Shown in pieces: positions 18,763 through 27,611 of a DNA stretch of 39,118 nt. The notes beneath the pieces are model-generated. The model saw only the letters and a program-made list of their open reading frames with translations. It did not search any database and was not told the DNA's origin. The DNA lies in assembly GCA_002338385.1 (NCBI GenBank), contig DDIE01000014.1, forward strand, positions 1 to 39,118. The letters are read 5' to 3'. The DNA comes from Proteobacteria bacterium UBA1858 (GTDB lineage Bacteria > Pseudomonadota > Gammaproteobacteria > UBA4575). Position 1 is the first letter of the stretch. The number at the start of each line of letters is the position of its first letter. The position numbers and the translations under genes are program-made.

Positions 18763-18978
18763 ATGACGAATGAAAATCTTATTAAACGCGATGACGACAC
18801 AGGTTACATAATCGCATGGAAGCATAAATATGATTTTGAAACTGGCAAGCTCGAAGAAACCATGACATATGGTGAAGCTTGCAAACGCTGCGAAGAACTA
18901 ATCGCCAACGAATCTGACAAAACTTTCTGGCCTGAAAAAGTTAAGCCCGCACCAGAGTGGCACCTCTTATATAGCTAA
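18763..18978 (+). CDS. small hypothetical protein
   Basis: 71 aa from ATG 18763, with the SD AAGGAAAGGG about 8 nt upstream. It sits in an A/T-rich context and no family is recognised. Confidence 0.5.
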   Translation: MTNENLIKRDDDTGYIIAWKHKYDFETGKLEETMTYGEACKRCEELIANESDKTFWPEKVKPAPEWHLLYS

Positions 18979-19015
18979 ACCCAGCAAAATGGAATGAATT
19001 ATCGTTATCCTCTGT

Positions 19016-19666
19016 TTAAGGGGATAACCTCTCCAAGCTCCAGCTCCCATCCGATGTTTTTTGATAGCTGATACGATCATGCAAGCGGCTAGGTCGGCCT
19101 TGCCAAAACTCAATTAAATTAGGAATGACTCGATACCCACCCCAGTGATCGGGACGCGGTATATCCTCTTGTCCTTGATACTGCTCAGTGATGGCGTCAA
19201 ATTTTCGCTGCAGCTCATGCTCAGATTGAAGCACTTGGCTCTGGGTGGATGCGATCGCACCAATGCGACTGCCGCGTGGACGGGAATTAAAGTATTCATC
19301 ACACTCCGCCGTCGATAGTTTAACGACCTCACCTTGAATACGCACCTGGCGCTCCAAGCTAGACCACCAAAAACACAAGGCAGCCTGTGCATTGTCTTTG
19401 ATGTGATTAGCTTTTTTACTCGCATAATTGGTGAAAAAAGAGAATCCCTCTGGGCTGACTCCTTTGAGTAACACCATGCGTGAACTGATTTCACCATGCG
19501 CAGAACACGTGGCGAGATTCATCGCGGTAGGCTCGGCTTGATCGGAGGCTCTGACCTCAGCCAACCAAAGCTCGAATTGTTGGATTGGATCCGACGCCAC
19601 ACTGTGGCTGCCCAGGCTACCCAGTGTATAGTCCTTACGTTCGTCTGCAATCTTTGTTTTAGCCAT
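19016..19666 (-). CDS. pdxH: pyridoxamine 5'-phosphate oxidase
   Basis: 216-aa ORF with typical PdxH motifs ([38 protein letters not shown]). Confidence 0.95.
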   Translation of the reverse strand: MAKTKIADERKDYTLGSLGSHSVASDPIQQFELWLAEVRASDQAEPTAMNLATCSAHGEISSRMVLLKGVSPEGFSFFTNYASKKANHIKDNAQAALCFWWSSLERQVRIQGEVVKLSTAECDEYFNSRPRGSRIGAIASTQSQVLQSEHELQRKFDAITEQYQGQEDIPRPDHWGGYRVIPNLIEFWQGRPSRLHDRISYQKTSDGSWSLERLSP

Positions 19667-19680
19667 AGCGTGTTACTTGA

Positions 19681-20052
19681 TCAGGAGGTCGAGCACTTTG
19701 CGTTATTGCGCTTATAACGCCATTCTGCGAAGTATTTGTAAAAGAAATCCAGCACTGGTATTAAGTGCAAGGCTTCAATTAATTTACCTGCAAATTGATA
19801 TGGTTTGAGTGAATTCCAGATCAGGCTGAAAACCGCGGCACCGCTGATGACCTTACCCTCATTGTTGATGGCATGGATACGCTTCAATACCGCTTCTTTG
19901 GTGAGGCCATGCTGTTTGATGACATCCTCGGAAGTGCTAATCGCTACCCAGTCAATCGCCTGGATATGCGTAAGTTTTTTATAATGATTAATCTCAGCAT
20001 TACACAGCGGACACTGATCATCATAAAATATTTGGTGTGCTTGCTTGGCCAT
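19681..20052 (-). CDS. thiol-disulfide oxidoreductase DCC family (DUF393) protein
   Basis: 123-aa ORF. The N-terminal YDDQCPLCNAEINHY is the DCC-family CxxC motif. It lies 14 nt upstream of pdxH on the same strand. Confidence 0.85.
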   Translation of the reverse strand: MAKQAHQIFYDDQCPLCNAEINHYKKLTHIQAIDWVAISTSEDVIKQHGLTKEAVLKRIHAINNEGKVISGAAVFSLIWNSLKPYQFAGKLIEALHLIPVLDFFYKYFAEWRYKRNNAKCSTS

Positions 20053-20220
20053 ATCTATTCGTTAAGTATTGGTAATCAGTTACTATCTCATAGGATCTGC
20101 AGGCCGCCAGTGTTTTGTCCTGTTCCGTCCTATACAATGTCTCTGCCATATTCAGCAATAGACTAGTATGCACTAATTTCATAGACTATTTCTACTAGCC
20201 GACATCACCGGGGACGCTTT

Positions 20221-20679
20221 GTGTTAGACCAGATTCAGACTTATCAGCGCTTGGCGTTCGCCGGCACACTGCCCTTTGTCGGCTGCGCTGTAGCACTTAG
20301 TTTGGAACTGAATGGGCAGCTCGATAGCGCTTGGTTGATGCATGCACTATGCTCGTATGGTCTGCTAATCGTGTCCTTTATGTGCGGTGTGCACTGGGGC
20401 ACTTATTTGTATAAACAGCAGCACTGTCCAGTCAATCTATTTATCACCAGCAACATAATTACCCTGCTATGCTGGTTCTGTATATTGACTGAACTACCGC
20501 TGGCCATGCTTGCCTCGCAATTGATTGCCTTCGCTAGCTTATTACTGCTGGACTATGCATTACATAAAAAGCAGATTATCAGCCTTGATTATTTCAAAAC
20601 GCGCAGTGTCGTATCACTTATTGTGATGTCCATGTTGGGACTCGCAATCATTAATTTACCAGGAGCACAGCATGCCTGA
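20221..20679 (+). CDS. DUF3429-like polytopic membrane protein
   Basis: 152-aa ORF with a GTG start and GGGGA about 7 nt upstream. It has four to five hydrophobic segments and is the first gene of the lipid-modification operon. The family assignment is from memory of similar clusters. Confidence 0.6.
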   Translation: MLDQIQTYQRLAFAGTLPFVGCAVALSLELNGQLDSAWLMHALCSYGLLIVSFMCGVHWGTYLYKQQHCPVNLFITSNIITLLCWFCILTELPLAMLASQLIAFASLLLLDYALHKKQIISLDYFKTRSVVSLIVMSMLGLAIINLPGAQHA

Positions 20680-21097
20680 TCAACCGGTTGAGCATTTTCT
20701 TAGCAACATGAATCGTCTCAATTCAGCTAACATCAATAGCGTGTTGGATAAGGTCTATGCTGAACATGTCACGTTCATAGATCCCGTCAAGCAGATTGAT
20801 GGCCGCGACAAGCTCAGCCATTACTTTACAGAATTATACCGCGGGGTTGAGCGCTGCCAATTCACACTTAAGCACAGCGTCTGCCAAGATCAACACTATG
20901 TCATGGAGTGGCAAATGACACTGCGACATAAACAGTTGGCTAAACATCGCGATATCGTTGTCGATGGTATCTCAGTCTTACATTACGCAGCAGACAGAGT
21001 GACTTACCAGCGTGACTACTATGACTTGGGCGCTATGATTTATGAACAAGTGCCATTGCTAGGTGGCCTCATTAAAAAGATTCGTCATGGCCTCTAA
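20672..21097 (+). CDS. NTF2/SnoaL-like family protein
   Basis: 141-aa ORF with AGGAG 6 nt upstream. It overlaps the preceding gene by 8 nt. Size and pattern (VYAEHVTFIDPV ... HYVMEWQMTL) resemble SnoaL-like NTF2 proteins. Confidence 0.7.
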   Translation: MPDQPVEHFLSNMNRLNSANINSVLDKVYAEHVTFIDPVKQIDGRDKLSHYFTELYRGVERCQFTLKHSVCQDQHYVMEWQMTLRHKQLAKHRDIVVDGISVLHYAADRVTYQRDYYDLGAMIYEQVPLLGGLIKKIRHGL

Positions 21098-21863
21098 AGA
21101 AAAATTTTTTACTGATCGTGTCATCTGGTTGACGGGTGCCTCATCAGGCATCGGACGCGCGTTAGCTATCGCCTTATCAAAGTTCTCCTGCACGCTTTAC
21201 ATCAGCGCGCGCAATGAAACCAATCTGGAACTCACACGTCAGGCATGTGCTGATCCTGAACGGGTATTCGTTGTGGCTGGTGACTTGACTGATAAAACAG
21301 TCAATCACACTATTTGCGCGCGCATCCATGCACACCATGGGCGCTTAGATATGGCCATTTTAAATGCCGGTACGTGTGAATACGTCGACGTCAATAACTT
21401 CGATAGTGATGTATTTAGCACCCTCATGGATAGCAATTTTATGTCCATGGTATATGCTATTGAAGCCAGTTTACCTTTGTTAAAAAAATCTCGGCGGGCG
21501 CAACTCATTGGCATGAGCAGCACCGCGGCCTACCTCGGCATACCGCGAAGCGAAGCCTATGGCGCCACTAAGGCCGCCATTAGAAACATGTTGCGAGCCC
21601 TGCATGTTAACCTCAAACCACACGGCGTTCATGTCGGCGTCATATGCCCTGGCTTCGTAGCGACAGAATTAACCGCAAGAAATGATTTTGCCATGCCGGC
21701 ACTGATCAGCGCCGAGCGCGCCGCCGAGGATATTATCCTTGGCATGAGTAAGCAGCAGCATGAGATTCATTTCCCCAAGCGCTTCAGTACCGTGCTTAAA
21801 ATTATTTCGATCTTGCCAGATAAACTGCAATTCAGTCTGCTTGCCAAGACGCTCGAGAATTAA
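21087..21863 (+). CDS. short-chain dehydrogenase/reductase (SDR)
   Basis: 258 aa from ATG 21087, with the cofactor loop TGASSGIGRALA and the catalytic YxxxK (YGATKAA). It overlaps the upstream gene by 11 nt. Confidence 0.9.
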   Translation: MASKEKFFTDRVIWLTGASSGIGRALAIALSKFSCTLYISARNETNLELTRQACADPERVFVVAGDLTDKTVNHTICARIHAHHGRLDMAILNAGTCEYVDVNNFDSDVFSTLMDSNFMSMVYAIEASLPLLKKSRRAQLIGMSSTAAYLGIPRSEAYGATKAAIRNMLRALHVNLKPHGVHVGVICPGFVATELTARNDFAMPALISAERAAEDIILGMSKQQHEIHFPKRFSTVLKIISILPDKLQFSLLAKTLEN

Positions 21864-23117
21864 ATGAAAATAGCTATTGTAGGGACAGGGATCGCAGGTC
21901 TTACTGCTGCACACCAATTGTATGAGCAGCATGAGCTGACCATATTCGAGGCAAGTCACTATGTTGGTGGTCATGCCAACACTGTTGATGTAAGCGAGGG
22001 TGACCGTACGCTGGCAATTGATACTGGCTTTATTGTATTGAATGATTGGACCTATCCACACTTCGAGGCGCTACTCAAAACAATTGATGCTGAGGTGTAT
22101 AACTCGGACATGAGTTTTTCAGTGCGTTGTGAAAGCACTGACTTTGAATGGTGTGGCGATGGTATTAATGGCCTGATTTTGAATCGTGATAACTGGAAGA
22201 AACTCTCTGCCTATAAAATGCTGCTCGAGATTGTCAGTTTCAATCGCTTGGCGAATAGAGCGGTCGAGCAGAACGCTGCCAACAGTGGCCAGCTCAGTTT
22301 GGGTGAATTCCTCACAATGCATAAATTCTCACAGGCCTTCATCAGCTATTACATCCTCCCCATGGGGGCAGCCATCTGGTCAGCTTCAACCAGCGACATG
22401 ACGAGTTATCCCGCCATCAGCTTTTTGCGTTTCTTCAAGAACCATGGCTTGCTGTCGATGAGTCATCAGCCGCAGTGGAAGACGATCAAAGGTGGCGCCA
22501 GAGCCTACGTCGATAAACTGATAGCGCCATTCAAAGATAATATTCGCCTCAATACCGCCATAGCCCGGATTACCCGGCAACACAATCAAGTCAGCTTATA
22601 TACTCAAGATAATGAGGCATATGATTTTGATCATGTTTTTCTGGCCTGTCATAGCGATCAGGCATTAGGCCTATTAGATACAGCCACTGAGCTGGAGTCG
22701 GCCACCTTAAGCGCTATCAAATACCAACCTAATGTTGCCACGCTGCACACCGATAGCTCAATTATGCCGCTACGACGAAAAGCTTGGTCATCCTGGAATT
22801 ATCTTATTGGCCGAGGCCACGACAACACCTCTAAAGTCAGCTACTACATGAATCGCTTGCAAAATCTGAACACGGATAAAGATTATTTTGTCTCGCTCAA
22901 CATGGAGGAGAGGATAGCTGAGGATAGGATTTGTCGTTCGATCAACTACATGCATCCGGTATTTGATCAGGCCGCCATCACTGCTCAGGCTAATTTTAGT
23001 GTGATCAACGGTACCGATAATACCTGGTACTGCGGGGCTTACTGGCGCAATGGCTTCCATGAAGACGGTGTTTGGAGCGGTTTACAAGCAGTCAAGCTAT
23101 TCCAGCAGGCCCACTGA
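21864..23117 (+). CDS. NAD(P)/FAD-dependent oxidoreductase (amine-oxidase / phytoene-desaturase-like)
   Basis: 417-aa ORF with an N-terminal dinucleotide fold (KIAIVGTGIAGLTAAHQL ... IFEASHYVGGH). Its ATG directly abuts the SDR stop. Confidence 0.88.
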   Translation: MKIAIVGTGIAGLTAAHQLYEQHELTIFEASHYVGGHANTVDVSEGDRTLAIDTGFIVLNDWTYPHFEALLKTIDAEVYNSDMSFSVRCESTDFEWCGDGINGLILNRDNWKKLSAYKMLLEIVSFNRLANRAVEQNAANSGQLSLGEFLTMHKFSQAFISYYILPMGAAIWSASTSDMTSYPAISFLRFFKNHGLLSMSHQPQWKTIKGGARAYVDKLIAPFKDNIRLNTAIARITRQHNQVSLYTQDNEAYDFDHVFLACHSDQALGLLDTATELESATLSAIKYQPNVATLHTDSSIMPLRRKAWSSWNYLIGRGHDNTSKVSYYMNRLQNLNTDKDYFVSLNMEERIAEDRICRSINYMHPVFDQAAITAQANFSVINGTDNTWYCGAYWRNGFHEDGVWSGLQAVKLFQQAH

Positions 23118-23863
23118 TGCATAGCGCGATCTACAAGGGTAATGTCAGTCACCAGCGCTGGTCACCTCGCGCCCATGGCTTTAATTATAATCTTTTCATG
23201 ATGTATATTGATTTAGATGAATTGCCGACCTTATTCGATAAATTCAGTCTCTGGGGCGTGAATAAAACTGCTCTGGCTGCGTTCAGGCGCGAGGATCATT
23301 TTGGCGATTGCAACCAAGATCTAGCCAGCAGCGTGCGCCAGTTAGTGACCCAACAATCCGCCACCCAGGCGCTGGGACCTATTCGTCTGCTCACCCACTT
23401 CCGCTACTTTGGTTATGTGTTCAATCCGCTAAGTCTCTATTTTTGTTTTAATCAGGAAGACACTCAGGTCACCCATGTAGTGGCTGAGGTAAGCAATACG
23501 CCATGGCATGAAACGCATTGTTATGTTCTGTCAGGTCATTGTGACAATAATCATTTTGTCACTCCAGATCATAAAAAAACTTTTCACGTATCACCCTTCA
23601 TGAATTCAGATATGTTTTATCGCTGGCATATTGGCCTGCCCAGTGAGTCTCTGTCGGTGCGTGTGCAGAACCTGCAAGATGATCAACCATTATTTGACGC
23701 CGCGATCAATCTCAGGCGTGAGGAGATTAGCGCTAAGACCCTCATGCAGACGTTAATCAACTTCCCATTGATGAGTTATAAAGTGACGGCTGCGATCTAT
23801 TTCGAGGCCCTCAAATTATGGCTTAAAAAAATCAAATATGTCCCATATTCAAAAAAAACCTAG
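23117..23863 (+). CDS. DUF1365 family protein
   Basis: 248 aa from ATG 23117, which overlaps the upstream TGA (TGATG). The N-terminus YKGNVSHQRWSPRAHGFNYNLFMMYIDLDEL is the DUF1365 signature as I recall it. Confidence 0.86.
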   Translation: MHSAIYKGNVSHQRWSPRAHGFNYNLFMMYIDLDELPTLFDKFSLWGVNKTALAAFRREDHFGDCNQDLASSVRQLVTQQSATQALGPIRLLTHFRYFGYVFNPLSLYFCFNQEDTQVTHVVAEVSNTPWHETHCYVLSGHCDNNHFVTPDHKKTFHVSPFMNSDMFYRWHIGLPSESLSVRVQNLQDDQPLFDAAINLRREEISAKTLMQTLINFPLMSYKVTAAIYFEALKLWLKKIKYVPYSKKT

Positions 23864-23869
23864 CTCAAT

Positions 23870-25129
23870 ATGTCTATCATTCCTAAAACTAGTAAACCCC
23901 GTAAAGCCGCTGCGAATCTGTTGAGCCACCTGGCAAAATCGATTCTTTTAAAGCAATTGTCAGCCATCCAGCGTGGCTCTCTAACACTCCATATCGACGC
24001 TAAGGTTTATCAGTTTGGTGTGCATGGGGATCAGGCCTATCCTGACGCGGTCATACACGTCCATGATCAGCGTTTATTCAGCAGCATCCTGCTGGACGGC
24101 GAACCGGCTGCGGGCAAAAGCTATGTTGATGGCTGGTGGAGTTCAGATGAGCTCCTCGATGTGCTGAGCTTGTTTAGCCTAAATCAAAACGCTCTCTTCA
24201 AATTTAAGTATGGCCTGGGCATGCTTGCTAAATACTATAATTATCTAGTCAGTCTGATTCAAAAAAATACGCCGACAGGTGCCAAGAAGAATATCCTTGC
24301 CCACTATGACATAGGCAACGATTTTTACAGCTTATTCTTGGATCGTAAGATGATGTACTCCTCAGGTTATTATCAGCGCAAGGAGGATGATTTGGAACAA
24401 GCTTCCGATAACAAACTCAAACTCATTTGTGAGAAACTTAAACTGCGGGCAGATGATCACGTGATCGAGATCGGCAGCGGCTGGGGTGGTTTCGCTATCT
24501 ATGCGGCGCAGAATTATGCCTGCCATGTCACCACCACTACCATCTCAGATGCGCAGTATAATTATGCTAGAGCACGCATTGAACAACTTGGTTTACAAGA
24601 TCGTATTACTCTTATCCAGCAAGACTACCGTAAACTGGATGGCCAATATGACAAGCTGGTCTCGATAGAAATGATAGAAGCCGTCGGTCATCAATTCCTG
24701 GATGGCTATTTCAAAGTATGTGATCGCTTGTTGAAACCCAATGGCGCAATGCTCGTTCAGGCAATTACAATTGCAGATTATCTCCACTCCGAATATATCT
24801 ACTCGGTGGACTTCATCCGAAAATATGTTTTCCCAGGCGGTTGTCTAACCAGCATGAATGCGATGTTAACTGCGGTGGCCAAAGGCACGAGTCTGACGCC
24901 CTATCATGCGGAAAGCTTCGCCTCCAGTTATGGTCGCACCCTGCATGACTGGCATCAACGCTTCATAAGTGCAAAACAACAGGTCTATGCGCTTGGTTAT
25001 AACGATGAACTAATCCGCCTATGGGAATATTATTTGAAATATTGTCAGGCTGGCTTTGAAACCCGGGTGATTGATGTGCAACAGCTGGTATTAAAGAAAC
25101 CGGATAATCGCTTTTGTCATCAGTCCTGA
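23870..25129 (+). CDS. cyclopropane-fatty-acyl-phospholipid synthase family SAM-dependent methyltransferase
   Basis: 419-aa ORF with CFA-synthase/mycolic-acid-methyltransferase motifs (HYDIGNDFYSLFLD, VIEIGSGWGGFAIYAA, SIEMIEAVGHQF). Confidence 0.9.
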   Translation: MSIIPKTSKPRKAAANLLSHLAKSILLKQLSAIQRGSLTLHIDAKVYQFGVHGDQAYPDAVIHVHDQRLFSSILLDGEPAAGKSYVDGWWSSDELLDVLSLFSLNQNALFKFKYGLGMLAKYYNYLVSLIQKNTPTGAKKNILAHYDIGNDFYSLFLDRKMMYSSGYYQRKEDDLEQASDNKLKLICEKLKLRADDHVIEIGSGWGGFAIYAAQNYACHVTTTTISDAQYNYARARIEQLGLQDRITLIQQDYRKLDGQYDKLVSIEMIEAVGHQFLDGYFKVCDRLLKPNGAMLVQAITIADYLHSEYIYSVDFIRKYVFPGGCLTSMNAMLTAVAKGTSLTPYHAESFASSYGRTLHDWHQRFISAKQQVYALGYNDELIRLWEYYLKYCQAGFETRVIDVQQLVLKKPDNRFCHQS

Positions 25130-25141
25130 ATAGTCAGCCGC

Positions 25142-25777
25142 TTACTCTGGGAATGGAATGCCGGTGCCAGCTAAGCCGCAATAGCCATTGGGATTCTTAG
25201 CCAAATATTGCTGATGGTAATCTTCAGCATAATAAAACGTGGGTGCAGGCATAATCTCAGTTGTTATTTCGCCTAACTGAGCCTGCTTTAATGCTTGCGC
25301 GTAAACCTGTTGAGAGGCGCGTGCACAGGCCAACTGATCCTCATTGAAAGTGTATATGCCGGAGCGATACTGAGTCCCCTTATCATTGCCTTGGCGCATT
25401 CCTTGCGTGGGATTGTGCGATTGCCAAAACACTTTAAGCAAATCAACATAACTCAATTGCTGACTGTCGAACATGACCAATACTACTTCGTTATGCCCGG
25501 TGCGCCCAGTGCATACTTCATCGTAGCTTGGATTTGGCGTAAGTCCTGCAGCATAACCAACAGCAGATGAGAATACTCCCGCCAACTGCCAAAACTTTCT
25601 CTCTACACCCCAGAAACAACCCATCCCAAACATAGCCATATGAATATGGTCGGGGAAAGGTGGTTGCATGGGTTGACCGGTGACCGCGTGGCTCACCGAC
25701 ACAGGCATTTTTTCACTGCGTCCGGGCAAGGCCTCGTGAGCCTCCGGCAGGCGCATCTTAATACTGACAAAGTCCAT
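25142..25777 (-). CDS. msrA: peptide-methionine (S)-S-oxide reductase
   Basis: 211-aa ORF with the catalytic motif GMGCFWGVE. It is collinear with E. coli MsrA. Its start overlaps the tatD-family stop by 1 nt (TAATG). Confidence 0.95.
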   Translation of the reverse strand: MDFVSIKMRLPEAHEALPGRSEKMPVSVSHAVTGQPMQPPFPDHIHMAMFGMGCFWGVERKFWQLAGVFSSAVGYAAGLTPNPSYDEVCTGRTGHNEVVLVMFDSQQLSYVDLLKVFWQSHNPTQGMRQGNDKGTQYRSGIYTFNEDQLACARASQQVYAQALKQAQLGEITTEIMPAPTFYYAEDYHQQYLAKNPNGYCGLAGTGIPFPE

Positions 25778-26553
25778 TATTCAGTCCTCACTGTAAGTCG
25801 TAATACATCAATTGTGTTTTGTCTGGTGATGGCCGCCAATTGGCTGGCTGACATTTGTCTCAACTCCGCCAGCGCTTGCACACAGTAGCTCAGGTATGCC
25901 GGACTATTACGTGTGCCTTTATGTTGTTGGACCGTCATATCAGGCGAATCTGTCTCCAGCACGATCGTCTCCAGTGGCAGCTGTTGGGCCAGTTCACGCA
26001 GCCGGCGTGAGCGTGGGTACGTCAACATGCCACCAAAACCAAATTTGAATCCATGTGCCTGATAACGCTGCGCCTGATTCAGACTACCATTGAATGCATG
26101 CACGATACCGCCCTGTACTGGATACTTGCGCAGCAAGTTTAAAATATCTTCATGCGCTTTACGTACATGCAAGATAACCGGTAAATCAAATTCCAGCGCA
26201 ACCGCCAGTTGCGCTTCAAATACTGCTATTTGTTTATCTATACTTAAATTTCGATCATAAAAATCCAAGCCTATCTCACCCACAGCACAAGGCGTATATT
26301 GAGCGAGATATGTTCGCAGCAACTCAATATCTTGGCGTTGATGTTGGTCGATGAATAGCGGATGCAAGCCCAGCCCATAATGTAAGCCAGCAGTCGCTTG
26401 GCACAGATTGATCAGGCTATCCCAGCGATTGGACTGGACACCCGGCAATACCATGTCGGTCACACCCTGTTGGTGTGCTGCCTGTAGCACCTGTTCTCGG
26501 TCTTGCGAGAATTGTTCAAAATCGAGATGGCAATGACTATCTATTAATTTCAT
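25777..26553 (-). CDS. TatD-family metal-dependent hydrolase (YjjV-like)
   Basis: 258-aa ORF with N-terminal IDSHCHLDF and later GEIGLDF, HVRKAH and TDSP motifs of the TatD family. Confidence 0.9.
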   Translation of the reverse strand: MKLIDSHCHLDFEQFSQDREQVLQAAHQQGVTDMVLPGVQSNRWDSLINLCQATAGLHYGLGLHPLFIDQHQRQDIELLRTYLAQYTPCAVGEIGLDFYDRNLSIDKQIAVFEAQLAVALEFDLPVILHVRKAHEDILNLLRKYPVQGGIVHAFNGSLNQAQRYQAHGFKFGFGGMLTYPRSRRLRELAQQLPLETIVLETDSPDMTVQQHKGTRNSPAYLSYCVQALAELRQMSASQLAAITRQNTIDVLRLTVRTE

Positions 26554-26605
26554 CTAAGCACAGAATACTATAAGGTTGTGTCCTAATATTAGCTCACAGT
26601 GAATC

Positions 26606-27412
26606 ATGACTGCAGATATTGAACGACGTTTTGCCGGTATCCAAAAACTGTATGGTCAACAAGGATACCAACAAATCAAAGCTAGCCATATTTGTGTCAT
26701 CGGAATAGGTGGCGTTGGCTCATGGGTCGCTGAATCGTTAGCACGCTCACATATCAACACCATCACCCTGATTGATCTTGATCATATCGCAGAATCGAAT
26801 ATCAATCGGCAGCTGCATGCACAGTCAAGCAGCCTAGGTAAAGCTAAGGTGGTTGCTATGACTGAACGCATCCATGATATTAATCCTGCCTGTCAGGTGC
26901 ATGCTATCGAGGATCATTTGGATATGGAAAATATTACCCAGCTGATTCACAGTGAGTTTGATTTTGTGCTTGATTGCGTCGATCAATTCCGCGTTAAAGC
27001 CGGGCTTATTCATCACTGTAAACGGTCTAAAATTCACTGCTTAACAGTGGGTGGAGCGGGGGGCAGAATTGATCCTAGTCGCATCCAAATTGCGGACATG
27101 ACGCGCTCAGAAGGCGATGCTTTGTTGGCTAAGACACGCAAACTACTGCGCACGCAGTACGGTTTCCCGAGAAATATCAAACGCCGTTTTGACGTTCCCT
27201 GTGTTTTCTCTACTGAGACTTTACGCTATCCCACAAGAGATAACGGCATCACTACGGATAAATCAGATAGCGATGTCAGCACTGGTTTAAGCTGTGCCAC
27301 TGGCTTCGGATCCCTGTGTGCAGTCACCGCTACCTTTGGCATGCTAGCCAGCGCCTATGTCTTAAAGCGTTTGGCTGACCCCCAACGTACAGTTAAAAAA
27401 CAGGATGGTTAA
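26606..27412 (+). CDS. tcdA: tRNA threonylcarbamoyladenosine dehydratase (ThiF/MoeB-fold, CsdL/YgdL)
   Basis: 268-aa ORF with the RF.GI.KLYG start, the E1-like nucleotide loop ICVIGIGGVGSW and DLDHIAESNINRQ. Confidence 0.88.
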   Translation: MTADIERRFAGIQKLYGQQGYQQIKASHICVIGIGGVGSWVAESLARSHINTITLIDLDHIAESNINRQLHAQSSSLGKAKVVAMTERIHDINPACQVHAIEDHLDMENITQLIHSEFDFVLDCVDQFRVKAGLIHHCKRSKIHCLTVGGAGGRIDPSRIQIADMTRSEGDALLAKTRKLLRTQYGFPRNIKRRFDVPCVFSTETLRYPTRDNGITTDKSDSDVSTGLSCATGFGSLCAVTATFGMLASAYVLKRLADPQRTVKKQDG

Positions 27413-27611
27413 CAGTTGTAAAACCCTACCCACAAGGGACAGCTTTAGTCACTCAGCGAGAATACATATACTTTAGATATCGGCTCAGCCGGCAATTCAA
27501 AGGTTGGTAAATGTGCTTACCTCCTCTGACTTATATCATTTCTCTCTTGCATATCCTCTTCAAGCTATGAAGGCATGTGCCGAAATACCATGACAGACCA
27601 GGGACATAACT

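Noticed and set aside
19004-19028. A 7-bp inverted repeat, GTTATCC-N11-GGATAAC, spanning the pdxH stop codon. It was considered as a terminator for the convergent small gene and pdxH.
   Set aside because: The stem is weak and A/T-rich, one arm lies inside the pdxH coding sequence, and there is no U-tract.
20053-20220. A search for an ECF (sigmaE/ChrR-type) promoter upstream of the lipid-modification operon. GGATCT at about 20091 and CGTCC at about 20125 were considered.
   Set aside because: The spacing (about 27 nt) is incompatible with a -35/-10 pair, and I do not trust my memory of the consensus. No promoter is claimed.
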